Positions 19,332 through 27,832 are shown, counted from the first letter of the stretch. The stretch is 48,310 nt of DNA from an uncultured Muribaculaceae bacterium (GCA_947566655.1 CANOKG010000001.1:1-48310), one strand, 5' to 3'. Program-made: numbers and translations. Notes: a model not told the origin generated them from the sequence alone.

Positions 19332-19460
19332 CTCCGAGAGTGTGTTTGAATTTAACACACAAAAAATAGTTATATTAAAGAATGAATGATTGTATGAATA
19401 TGTTTCGCATTAATCTTGAGTCAATTTTAATACGAGTTAAATTCAAACATACTCTGAGAT
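19332..19460 (+). mobile_element. MITE-like palindromic intergenic element, copy A (~129 bp), with ~21-bp terminal inverted repeats
   Basis: Left end gagagtgtgtttgaatttaac (19336-19356); right end gttaaattcaaacatactctg (19436-19456). These match 19/21 as inverted repeats. The element exactly fills the gap between the convergent porin and LTA-synthase stops. Its internal sequence recurs, inverted, at 27961-28050. Confidence 0.6.
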
Positions 19461-19465
19461 GGCAA

Positions 19466-21529
19466 TCAATCGTTCCAGAGTGCCGACGTTTGGTAAAGCG
19501 CGGCAGCCCGATTGGCTTGAACTGAATCTATCACCTCTATTTTCTCCAAATTCAAAGGATTGGCGGGCTCCGGCTTCACAACATACTGGCGTACCCGCTT
19601 CACCGGTGACAACACCGTCAATGTATCTCCCTCGAGATACCCCAGATCCTGGTAGGTAGCAAGGAATGCACGTGGTGTATAATCAGGAGCAAAAACATCG
19701 CGGCCATAAAATGTAGAGTCGTAGCCAACTCCCAACAGCGACAACACCGTAGGCATCAGGTCTATCTGCGACACCGTGTGTTGCACCGTCATAGGCTCCA
19801 ACAAGCCAGGAGCATAGATCATAGCCGGTATATGGTATTTGTCGAGCGGCAACTCGGTGCCCCCGGCACTTGAGGCACAATGATCGGCCACAATAACAAA
19901 CAGAGTATTCTCAAACCAAGGTTTGGTTGAAGCCTCAGCCATAAACCGGCCAAGAGCATAGTCGCTATACTTCACGCCTCCTTCACGCGACTTGGCTGTA
20001 GGAGGTATATCTATTCGACCTTCGGGATAAGTATATGGGCGGTGATTGCTTATGGTCATTATCTGGGCATAGAAAGGAGCGCCTGTAGCCGATTTATCGT
20101 CGAGCGTCGATAGCATTTTTAAATATGAGTCTTCGTCACACACTCCCCACACATGGCTGAATTCAATTTCGCCGGGTTTGAAATCATCTTTGTCAACTAT
20201 TTCAAACCCAAGGCTTTTGAAAAACGGACCCATATTATCAAAATAGCTCTTGCCTCCATAGAAGAAGAATGTTTGATAGCCTTTTTCTCGAAGAATACCT
20301 CCGACATTAGGACGCATCTTCAGGTCGGGGCGCTTGATAAGGCTCTGTCCAGCCGACGGTGGCAATGACAACGACAAAGCTTCGAGACCGCGCACCGTGC
20401 GGTTGCCGTTGGCAAACATACGGTCAAACGATATCGACCTGCTATATAGCGAGTCGAGTGTAGGTGTGACTCCCGGCTTTCCGCCAAAGTGTTCCATATA
20501 GTCGGCGCTCATACTCTCCATCGTAATCAGCACCACGTTGTAGCGATGCTCTATGCTGTCACCGGCCACAAATCGCTCAAGTCTACCGGTGCTATCATAT
20601 AGATTATTCACCAGATCGGCAGCCTGAGACTCCGGCAGAGAATAATAAAACCGTTCATAGTCAAGACGATTCTTAAGGAACGCATCAAAAAAACGATAAG
20701 CGCCATTGGCCTGAAGTTCATTGTAATACAAGTTATCAGACTTTTGAAGTGATGACATTGCCGACAACAACCACAACGACAATACTCCGCCAACAAAATA
20801 AGCACCCGTAACACGCAGTTTCCAACCGCCAAGGTAAAGATCATTGCTCTGTTGGATCTGACGCCTAAACAACAGCCACGCAGTAACACCCGAAACAGCC
20901 ACAAGCACAACAGTCAGTGGCACCATGGGATAGGACTCCATTATATTACCTATAACCTCCGATGTATAAACAAGATAATCGACCGCAATGAAGTTATATC
21001 TTACACCAAACTCGTCCCAGAAAAAGTACTCACCAACACCATTAAGATAGATTATGGCAATATAGAGAAACAGGATGGCGGCAAGCCAAAAGCGGGTCCA
21101 ACCGCCCCTCATGCGTGGCAAGAACAGTCTAAGCCCGAATACAACTGTCCAGTAGACCATAACCCACACAAGCACCCTTGCCAAACCGCGGTTGAACTCG
21201 TGAAGCACAGGGCAGAACCACTTCAATATAAACGTTCCTACAACCAACGCAACAAGTATTGACCAGCCCACAGGTTTTGTATACTTAAACCTGCCTACAC
21301 TCAACACAAAAGCCCATACAAACACCAACGATAGCGTAGCAAAAGCCAAGTCATTGACCATGCCCAACAGGTATGCGCCACAATACTGCATGAACGACAT
21401 ATTCAAAACCGAGGTCCCGGTAATTCCGATCATTACCGATCTTACCACAAAACCTATTATCAAGGTAAACAAAACAATCTTAACAGCTATCTTACCGACG
21501 AGACTCGCTGCTGGGCCGTAATTTTTCAT
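19466..21529 (-). CDS. LTA-synthase-family protein: a sulfatase-like phosphoglycerol/phosphoethanolamine transferase with an N-terminal polytopic membrane domain
   Basis: About 270 aa of TM helices followed by an alkaline-phosphatase-superfamily domain (NVVLITMESMSADY, ISNHRPY, VIVADHCAS). Confidence 0.8.
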   Translation of the reverse strand: MKNYGPAASLVGKIAVKIVLFTLIIGFVVRSVMIGITGTSVLNMSFMQYCGAYLLGMVNDLAFATLSLVFVWAFVLSVGRFKYTKPVGWSILVALVVGTFILKWFCPVLHEFNRGLARVLVWVMVYWTVVFGLRLFLPRMRGGWTRFWLAAILFLYIAIIYLNGVGEYFFWDEFGVRYNFIAVDYLVYTSEVIGNIMESYPMVPLTVVLVAVSGVTAWLLFRRQIQQSNDLYLGGWKLRVTGAYFVGGVLSLWLLSAMSSLQKSDNLYYNELQANGAYRFFDAFLKNRLDYERFYYSLPESQAADLVNNLYDSTGRLERFVAGDSIEHRYNVVLITMESMSADYMEHFGGKPGVTPTLDSLYSRSISFDRMFANGNRTVRGLEALSLSLPPSAGQSLIKRPDLKMRPNVGGILREKGYQTFFFYGGKSYFDNMGPFFKSLGFEIVDKDDFKPGEIEFSHVWGVCDEDSYLKMLSTLDDKSATGAPFYAQIMTISNHRPYTYPEGRIDIPPTAKSREGGVKYSDYALGRFMAEASTKPWFENTLFVIVADHCASSAGGTELPLDKYHIPAMIYAPGLLEPMTVQHTVSQIDLMPTVLSLLGVGYDSTFYGRDVFAPDYTPRAFLATYQDLGYLEGDTLTVLSPVKRVRQYVVKPEPANPLNLEKIEVIDSVQANRAAALYQTSALWND

Positions 21530-21673
21530 TCAATATAGTATTTTTTAACCGACCACGAAAGTACAATTTTCCAGCTAAACTACCAAATAGTCCCTTAAAC
21601 ATCGATTCTACGACAACTCAAAAACCACGCACTTATAACATTTTGGAATATAAGTATTAAAAAACATTATTTT

Positions 21674-21705
21674 TTTGTATAACTATTAAACAATGTTTAA
21701 TTTTG
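21674..21705 (+). promoter_or_regulatory. Candidate Bacteroidetes sigma-A promoter for the oxidoreductase cluster
   Basis: -33-like TTTG (21674-21677), a 20-nt spacer, then -7 box TAATTTTG (21698-21705), matching TAnnTTTG. The box overlaps the palindrome ttaaaca-a-tgtttaa. Confidence 0.5.
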
Positions 21706-21712
21706 CACTATG

Positions 21713-21751
21713 ACTAATACCGAATCATTAACAACTAATACCAAATCATTA
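21713..21751 (+). repeat. Tandem 21-bp direct repeat abutting the oxidoreductase start codon
   Basis: actaataccgaatcatta (21713-21730) and actaataccaaatcatta (21734-21751) match 17/18. The last base of copy 2 is the A of the ATG. Confidence 0.8.
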
Positions 21752-23235
21752 TGACGGAAATTTCAAGAAGAAATTTTATCAAAAAGAGCGGTATGGCATT
21801 GGCAGGCATGATGGTCATGCCTCAGATCGTACCAGCCTCTGTTTTGGGTAAAAGTGCCGGTTACACCGCGCCTAGTGACAAACTCAACATTCTCGGTGTA
21901 GGTATTGGCGGACGTGGCGCCGCTGACCTTGCAGCAATGGAGACTGAGAACATCATCGGTTTGTGTGACTGCGACTGGCACTATGCCAAGCACATCTTCG
22001 ACAAGTATCCTAAGGCCAAGCGCTTTAACGACTACCGTAAGATGTATGACAAAATGCTTAAAAATGCCGACGCCGTTATGGTGGCAACCGCCGACCATAC
22101 CCACGCAATCATAGCCGCAGAAGCTATTGCAGCCGGTAAGCATGTCTATGTTGAGAAGCCCCTGACTCTTTATCCCTACGAGTCGCGCCTTCTCACCAAC
22201 CTTGCCAAGAAACACAAAGTGGCTACTCAGATGGGTAACCAGGGCGCATCAAGCGCCGGCTCACGCTTGGCAATGGACTGGATTCGCAATGGCGAGATAG
22301 GCGAGGTTACTCGCATCGAGTCATTCACCAACCGTCCAATATGGCCGCAGGGCATGGCTACTCCCAAAGAGTCGATGGCTATTCCCAGCACACTTAACTG
22401 GGATGCATTCATAGGCCCGGCCAAGTATAGACCTTATAATGCGGTTTATACTCCTTGGAATTTCCGCGGTTGGTGGGATTTTGGTTCAGGCGCACTCGGA
22501 GATATGGCCAACCATATACTTCAGGTACCATTCCGTGCCCTCAATTTGATGTATCCAACATCGGTAATCGGTAGCTCAACAATGTTGATGAGCGACTCTT
22601 GTCCTACAGCTGAAAAGATTACATTTAAATTCCCCGCACGCGATAATCTTCCACGCGTAGCCATGCCGGCTCTTGAACTGACCTGGTATGACGGAGGTTT
22701 GCAACCCAACCTTCCCGACAATATGCCTAAGGATAAAAACTTCGACTCCAATGGCGTGTCAGTTCTTTACGGTACAAAGGACACACTGGTTGTCCCCACC
22801 TATGGATACAATCCGTTCCTTTGCTCAGGACGCACTCCCGAAGTTCCTTCAACATCGCGCGTAGTTAAGGACGACAATCACCAGCAAGACTGGATACGTG
22901 CATGTAAGGAGAGCCCCGACAGCCGCACTCCAAGCGAATCGGATTTCATGTATTCAGGTCCGCTTAACGAAATGATCACAATGGGCGTAGCTGCTGTAAG
23001 ACTACAGGGCCTCGGCCAATGGCTTGACTGGGATGGCGAGAACATGGAATTCACAAACATTCCTGATAACGCTACCATTCAAAATGTCATCGAGGATAAA
23101 TTCCAGATTCATGACGGACATCCTACATTCGACCGCACATATACCGATCCGGTTAATGCCCAGGAATATGCCCGACAACTTATCAAGCCGGTATATCGCG
23201 ACGGTTGGAAACTTCCCGAAATGCCCCAGATCTAA
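21751..23235 (+). CDS. TAT-exported Gfo/Idh/MocA-family NAD(P)-dependent oxidoreductase
   Basis: Twin-arginine signal SRRNFIKKSGMALAG, Rossmann motif LGVGIGGRGA, and the EKP motif (VYVEKPLT). Confidence 0.9.
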   Translation: MTEISRRNFIKKSGMALAGMMVMPQIVPASVLGKSAGYTAPSDKLNILGVGIGGRGAADLAAMETENIIGLCDCDWHYAKHIFDKYPKAKRFNDYRKMYDKMLKNADAVMVATADHTHAIIAAEAIAAGKHVYVEKPLTLYPYESRLLTNLAKKHKVATQMGNQGASSAGSRLAMDWIRNGEIGEVTRIESFTNRPIWPQGMATPKESMAIPSTLNWDAFIGPAKYRPYNAVYTPWNFRGWWDFGSGALGDMANHILQVPFRALNLMYPTSVIGSSTMLMSDSCPTAEKITFKFPARDNLPRVAMPALELTWYDGGLQPNLPDNMPKDKNFDSNGVSVLYGTKDTLVVPTYGYNPFLCSGRTPEVPSTSRVVKDDNHQQDWIRACKESPDSRTPSESDFMYSGPLNEMITMGVAAVRLQGLGQWLDWDGENMEFTNIPDNATIQNVIEDKFQIHDGHPTFDRTYTDPVNAQEYARQLIKPVYRDGWKLPEMPQI

Positions 23236-23321
23236 GAATCTGCCCACTACTCACCTCGGTGATTTCTATCACCTGAGAGAAGGTGTGTAGGTATGACAGA
23301 TTAAGTAACACTCTTTAAACC

Positions 23322-23371
23322 CGAGTTTTGCCTGTTGCTCTACACAACAGGCAAAACTCGAGGATATTTTT
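23322..23371 (+). terminator. Strong hairpin plus short T-tract between the oxidoreductase and the first DUF1080 gene
   Basis: Perfect 16-bp stem cgagttttgcctgttg / caacaggcaaaactcg (23322-23337 and 23345-23360), 7-nt loop, then aggatattttta. Confidence 0.6.
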
Positions 23372-23437
23372 AGGCACACGTTGTGCCCATCATAGAATTT
23401 ATCAACAATAACATAAAAAAATCATCACAACATCACA

Positions 23438-24250
23438 ATGAACAAACTAATGATAGCCGCCACATCTTTGGCGTGCACTGCATTGATCGCATCTTGCGGC
23501 ACCAAGAAAGCTTCTGAAGAAACGCCCGCAATGGCTTCTCTTTCAATTTCGACCGGAGCTTTTGGCGAAGAAACCGACACACTGCAATTCCCTATAGACG
23601 AGAACGGCTATATCGTAATATTTGATGGCAATGAGGCTCCCGGATGGCGTGGTTATGGAAAAGACCATAAACAGGACCGATGGACTGTTGAAGACAGTTG
23701 TTTGCATTTCGTTCGTGGCGAAGGTGAAGGCGGTGACATTATTTTTGCCCATAAATTTGACAACTTTGATGTAACTTTTGATTGGAAAGTATCGGAAGGT
23801 GCAAACTCCGGATTCTTCTACTTAGGTGAAGAAACCCGTGATGCCAATGGCAATCTTAACGCTATATACATGTCGGCACCCGAGTATCAGATACTTGACA
23901 ATGTCAACCATCCCGATGCAGCTATGGGTGTTGACGGTAACAGAAAGTCGGCATCACTCTACGACATGATTCCGGCAAATCCTCAGAACTCCAAGCCCTG
24001 GGGCGAATGGAATACTTCGCGCGTTCAAGTTAAAGATGGCAAAGTAACCCACTGGCAAAACGGTGAGGTTGTATTAACCTACGAATTGTGGACTCCGGAA
24101 TGGACTGAGATGTTGCAAAACAGCAAATTCAGCGCTGAAAGATGGCCCTCAGCTTTTGAATTGCTTAATGCAAAACACAGCGGCCACCTTGGATTCCAGG
24201 ATCATGGTGATGAAGTGTGGTTTAAAAACATACGCGTAAAAGAGCTCTAA
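23438..24250 (+). CDS. DUF1080 (3-keto-disaccharide hydrolase-like) lipoprotein, paralog 1
   Basis: Lipobox LIASC. DUF1080 blocks: FDGNEAPGWRGYG, ANSGFFYL, EYQILDN, SASLYDMIPA, and FQDHGDEVWFKNIRVKEL at the C-terminus. Confidence 0.85.
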   Translation: MNKLMIAATSLACTALIASCGTKKASEETPAMASLSISTGAFGEETDTLQFPIDENGYIVIFDGNEAPGWRGYGKDHKQDRWTVEDSCLHFVRGEGEGGDIIFAHKFDNFDVTFDWKVSEGANSGFFYLGEETRDANGNLNAIYMSAPEYQILDNVNHPDAAMGVDGNRKSASLYDMIPANPQNSKPWGEWNTSRVQVKDGKVTHWQNGEVVLTYELWTPEWTEMLQNSKFSAERWPSAFELLNAKHSGHLGFQDHGDEVWFKNIRVKEL

Positions 24251-24252
24251 TT

Positions 24253-24279
24253 GTGTGTTAAATTCAAACATACTATAAG
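24253..24279 (+). repeat. Solo copy of the MITE terminal repeat
   Basis: tgtgtgttaaattcaaacatactataag matches the termini at 19436-19458 and 28019-28046. It sits in the 29-bp spacer between the two DUF1080 genes and abuts the ATG at 24280. Confidence 0.55.
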
Positions 24280-25170
24280 ATGAAACAACTATATATTTTA
24301 TTAGCGGCAGGTCTTCTTGCCTCTTGCAGCAACAGCAATAAATGCTCATGTGGCTGCGGTTGCAATGCCGGCGAGTCAAAAACAGTATGCGACAAGAAAA
24401 GCAGTGATTCTGAACGCGGCGTATATCAGATTGCCGACAAGTCACAAACCGATATCGCCAATTACCCCGTTGACGAGGAAGGCTATATCGTACTTTTTGA
24501 CGGCAAAAATCTCGACGGATGGAGAGGTTATGGCATGGATGAGGTACCTGCCAGCTGGAATGTAGAAGACGGTGCAATTCACTTGAAAGGATCAGGAACC
24601 GGTGAAGCCCAAGTAGAGGGTGGAGGCGACCTTATTTTCCCTCATAAGTTTAAGAACTTCGAGCTGCAACTTGAATATAAAATTTCAAAGGGTGGTAACT
24701 CGGGTATATTCTATCTCGCCCAGGAAGCTACAGAAAAAGAAGATGGCGAAGATGTATACCTTCCAATTTGGCAATCGGCATCAGAGTACCAAGTGCTTGA
24801 TAACGACAATCACGAGGACGCCCGCTTAGGAATAGATGGCAACCGACAGTCGGCATCGCTTTACGATATGATACCCGCCAAGCCACAGAATGCCAAGCCT
24901 CACGGTGAATGGAACAAAGCAAAAATCACTGTTTACAAAGGCACTGTTATACACGGTCAAAACGACGAGAATGTAGTAGAATACCATCTCTGGACCCCGA
25001 AGTGGAAACAGATGCTCAAAGACAGCAAATTTAATCCCGACGGAGATTTCCCATGCGCCTACAAACTCATGCTTAACATGGGCGGAGACAATCATGAAGG
25101 ATACATCGGATTCCAAGACCATGGTGATGATGTATGGTATCGCAATGTACGCGTAAAAATCCTTGAATAA
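24280..25170 (+). CDS. DUF1080 (3-keto-disaccharide hydrolase-like) lipoprotein, paralog 2, with a Cys-rich tether
   Basis: Lipobox LLASC followed by SNSNKCSCGCGCNAGESKTVC. The same DUF1080 blocks are present (FDGKNLDGWRGYG, GNSGIFYL, EYQVLDN, SASLYDMIPA, FQDHGDDVWYRNVRVK). By eye it is roughly half identical to paralog 1. Confidence 0.85.
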   Translation: MKQLYILLAAGLLASCSNSNKCSCGCGCNAGESKTVCDKKSSDSERGVYQIADKSQTDIANYPVDEEGYIVLFDGKNLDGWRGYGMDEVPASWNVEDGAIHLKGSGTGEAQVEGGGDLIFPHKFKNFELQLEYKISKGGNSGIFYLAQEATEKEDGEDVYLPIWQSASEYQVLDNDNHEDARLGIDGNRQSASLYDMIPAKPQNAKPHGEWNKAKITVYKGTVIHGQNDENVVEYHLWTPKWKQMLKDSKFNPDGDFPCAYKLMLNMGGDNHEGYIGFQDHGDDVWYRNVRVKILE

Positions 25171-25178
25171 ACAAGAGT

Positions 25179-26081
25179 ATGAAAAGAATTATTTATACAG
25201 GGGTTTTGGCTTTAGGCCTTTGCATTGCCATGACATCTTGTGGAAATCAGGCTAAAACAGAGGAACTTCCCGACAAAGATCTAACCCTGCAATTGTATTC
25301 CATAAGAGAGTTGATTGGCGACTCAGCACGATTTGCCGAAAATCACGATTCAGTACTCTCTCAACTTGCATCAATGGGTTACAGCAATGTTGAAGCGGCC
25401 AACTATTCCAATGGAAAATTTTACGGCTTATCGCCCGAAGATTTTGCAGCGGCATGTAGCAAAGCCGGACTCAACCCATTGTCTTCACACACCGGCCAAT
25501 CATTATCGGCCGAACAGTTCATCAACCATGACTTCGAAGAAGTGATGAAATGGTGGGACGAGGCAATAAGCGCCCATAAGGCAGCCGGATTTAAATATAT
25601 TGTAACACCCTGGGGTCCTAACCCCGAGTCACTTGAACATGCCCAGGCAATGGTCGATTACCACAATGAAATCGGTAAGAAATGTGCCGAGCAAGGTATT
25701 AAGTATGGATACCACACCCACTCGGGAGAATTTGCAACCATTCCTGGCACCGATAAGGTTTGGATTGAATATCTTGTAGAAAATACCAAACCCGAAAACA
25801 TGTTCTGGCAGATGGACGTATATTGGGCTGTTATGGCCGGCGCAAGCCCCGTAGAATATCTCAAGAAATATCCCGGACGCTTCACTCTGCTTCACATCAA
25901 AGATAAATATGATCTTGGACAGAGTGGTATGGTGAATTTCGAGCCTATATACAACGCGGCCTATCCGGCGGGAACACAAGGCTTTGTTGTTGAACAAGAA
26001 GGAACTGATGGCTCAGAGACAATCATACAGGCTGTCAATGCCGATGCCGAATATCTGCGGTCGGCCGATTTTGTGAAATAG
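25179..26081 (+). CDS. Xylose-isomerase-like TIM-barrel protein (sugar phosphate isomerase/epimerase family), lipoprotein
   Basis: Lipobox AMTSC. The length and blocks (LQLYSIRE, YHTHSGEF, LLHIKD, FVVEQE) are typical of this TIM-barrel family. Confidence 0.8.
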   Translation: MKRIIYTGVLALGLCIAMTSCGNQAKTEELPDKDLTLQLYSIRELIGDSARFAENHDSVLSQLASMGYSNVEAANYSNGKFYGLSPEDFAAACSKAGLNPLSSHTGQSLSAEQFINHDFEEVMKWWDEAISAHKAAGFKYIVTPWGPNPESLEHAQAMVDYHNEIGKKCAEQGIKYGYHTHSGEFATIPGTDKVWIEYLVENTKPENMFWQMDVYWAVMAGASPVEYLKKYPGRFTLLHIKDKYDLGQSGMVNFEPIYNAAYPAGTQGFVVEQEGTDGSETIIQAVNADAEYLRSADFVK

Positions 26082-26112
26082 CCTCTCAACACACCGTAGA
26101 TAACCTAACTAT

Positions 26113-26153
26113 TTGGGCTGACTCCTATAGCAAGGAGCCAGCCCAATGTTTTA
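26113..26153 (+). terminator. Intrinsic terminator after the TIM-barrel gene, marking the end of the cluster
   Basis: 13-bp stem ttgggctgactcc / ggagccagcccaa with one mismatch, followed by tgtttt. Confidence 0.6.
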
Positions 26154-26235
26154 CAACTTTACTCCAATAGACTTATTTTATTGGTTAAAAATACTTGATT
26201 GCTCCATTTGATTGTCGTATTTTTGCCAAATAACA

Positions 26236-27189
26236 ATGAATAAGAACAATCATCAAATTGATTTCAAACTTATGGCGGCGCCTCTGCAAGGGTTTACCGA
26301 GGCACCGTTCCGTCACTTCCATGCAATGATATATGGAAGCGAAAAGACAATATCCTATTACTCGCCATTCATGAGGGTGGAGAAAGGTGAGACACGCCGT
26401 CGCGACTTGCGCGATATCAGTTCACCGCTAAATACCAACCATATGCTTGTACCGCAGGTAATAGCCGCGCAGGCCAATGAGTTCCGCGTGCTTGTCAACA
26501 GTGTGCTTGAAGCCGGGTACAGCAGTGTAGACCTCAATGCAGGTTGCCCATTTTCGCCACAAGTACACCGTGGCAGAGGAGCAGGATTGCTTGGAGCAGA
26601 AAGGGCTTTGGAGGAAATAGCCGATGCCATGGGGCAGTATCCCGGTGTTAATTTCTCACTTAAGATGCGCCTTGGCGTCAGTGAACAAAATGAATGGATG
26701 ACATTGGCACCGGTAATCAACAGGATGCCGCTCACCCATGTTACGCTGCATCCCCGCACAGCCATACAGCAATATTCGGGAGAGCTTCAACTTGACCACG
26801 TCGACGAGTTTGTAAATGAAGTTCAACATCCGGTCATTTTCAACGGAGAGTTGCACACACCTGCCGATATCGAGAACGTAAGGAGACGTTTTCCATTGGT
26901 AGCGGGTGTGATGGCGGGTCGCGGTTTGCTCATGCGTCCATCACTATTTGTTGAGTACCTCACTGGTTGCGAATGGGATGAGGCAAAGCAGCGCATTCAT
27001 GTTCTGAAACTGCATAATGCCATATTAAACCACCTTGCGACAACACTTTGCGGTGACCATCAGGTACTCTCCAAAATAAAACCCATGTGGGAATATTTCG
27101 CTGCCACATTCCCGCGAAAGTCTGTAAAACCTGTACTGAAATCACGCACACTCACAGCCTACCTATCAGCTGTAGCCCAGATGAGTTGA
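26236..27189 (+). CDS. tRNA-dihydrouridine synthase (Dus family)
   Basis: LMAAPLQGFTEAPFR, DLNAGCP (catalytic Cys), HPRT. I place the start at the ATG at 26236 (MNKNNHQ). The track's start at 26212 is a TTG. Confidence 0.85.
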   Translation: MNKNNHQIDFKLMAAPLQGFTEAPFRHFHAMIYGSEKTISYYSPFMRVEKGETRRRDLRDISSPLNTNHMLVPQVIAAQANEFRVLVNSVLEAGYSSVDLNAGCPFSPQVHRGRGAGLLGAERALEEIADAMGQYPGVNFSLKMRLGVSEQNEWMTLAPVINRMPLTHVTLHPRTAIQQYSGELQLDHVDEFVNEVQHPVIFNGELHTPADIENVRRRFPLVAGVMAGRGLLMRPSLFVEYLTGCEWDEAKQRIHVLKLHNAILNHLATTLCGDHQVLSKIKPMWEYFAATFPRKSVKPVLKSRTLTAYLSAVAQMS

Positions 27190-27244
27190 AGAACTTTAAT
27201 AGAGTGATTTTTGTTAAAAAATTAAACTTTAAACACTTATTACT

Positions 27245-27826
27245 ATGAACTCGAAAGCTACTATCTTGACAAACATCATTATCTTGGCAGCCGGCCTGCT
27301 GTTATGCTATGTTCACGGGCGTGACAATATCCCCCACACAATAGTTCTCGTCACCGGTCTAACATTAGTCATCCCGGCCTTAATCAATATGTTTCTACTG
27401 TTCAGGCATAGGTCAAACGAGCGCCATCTGCCCACCTCGGCGATGAAGATTGCGGGATGGATTTCGAGCGTTGCAGCTATCGGCCTGGGAGCACTCATGG
27501 TGATAGCCCCCGGCATCTTCACACCTGTTCTCGTCTACATTTTTGGCGGCATGATGATCGTGGCATCGGTGATGCTCCTGTATCTATTGACCGTAGCTTT
27601 AAAACAGTATGGTTTACCGGGGTGGTTATACATAGGCCCTATACTGGTGCTTATAGCGGGAGTAGTAATGGTGTGTGTAGGGCAACCTCGCTTCACCGAC
27701 TCGATGGTCACTCTCATCACAGGCATAAGCATGATTGTATTCTCGCTATCGTGGTTCACTACCGGCTTTCTGAGCTCGAGAGCCCATCCTCACCAAATTG
27801 AAAGCTCAACGCCCGAAAATCGATAA
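27245..27826 (+). CDS. Small polytopic membrane protein of unknown function (possibly DUF308/HdeD-like)
   Basis: 193 aa with about 6 hydrophobic helices and no catalytic motif I recognise. The family guess is weak. Confidence 0.55.
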   Translation: MNSKATILTNIIILAAGLLLCYVHGRDNIPHTIVLVTGLTLVIPALINMFLLFRHRSNERHLPTSAMKIAGWISSVAAIGLGALMVIAPGIFTPVLVYIFGGMMIVASVMLLYLLTVALKQYGLPGWLYIGPILVLIAGVVMVCVGQPRFTDSMVTLITGISMIVFSLSWFTTGFLSSRAHPHQIESSTPENR

Positions 27827-27832
27827 ATCACT

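Noticed and set aside
23040-23056. Isolated Rex-box-like half sites (TTCACAA at about 23046; TTTGTGAA at about 26065)
   Set aside because: These are single half-sites inside coding sequence with no partner at the expected spacing. No full TTGTGAA-N6-TTCACAA operator was found in any intergenic region of the window.
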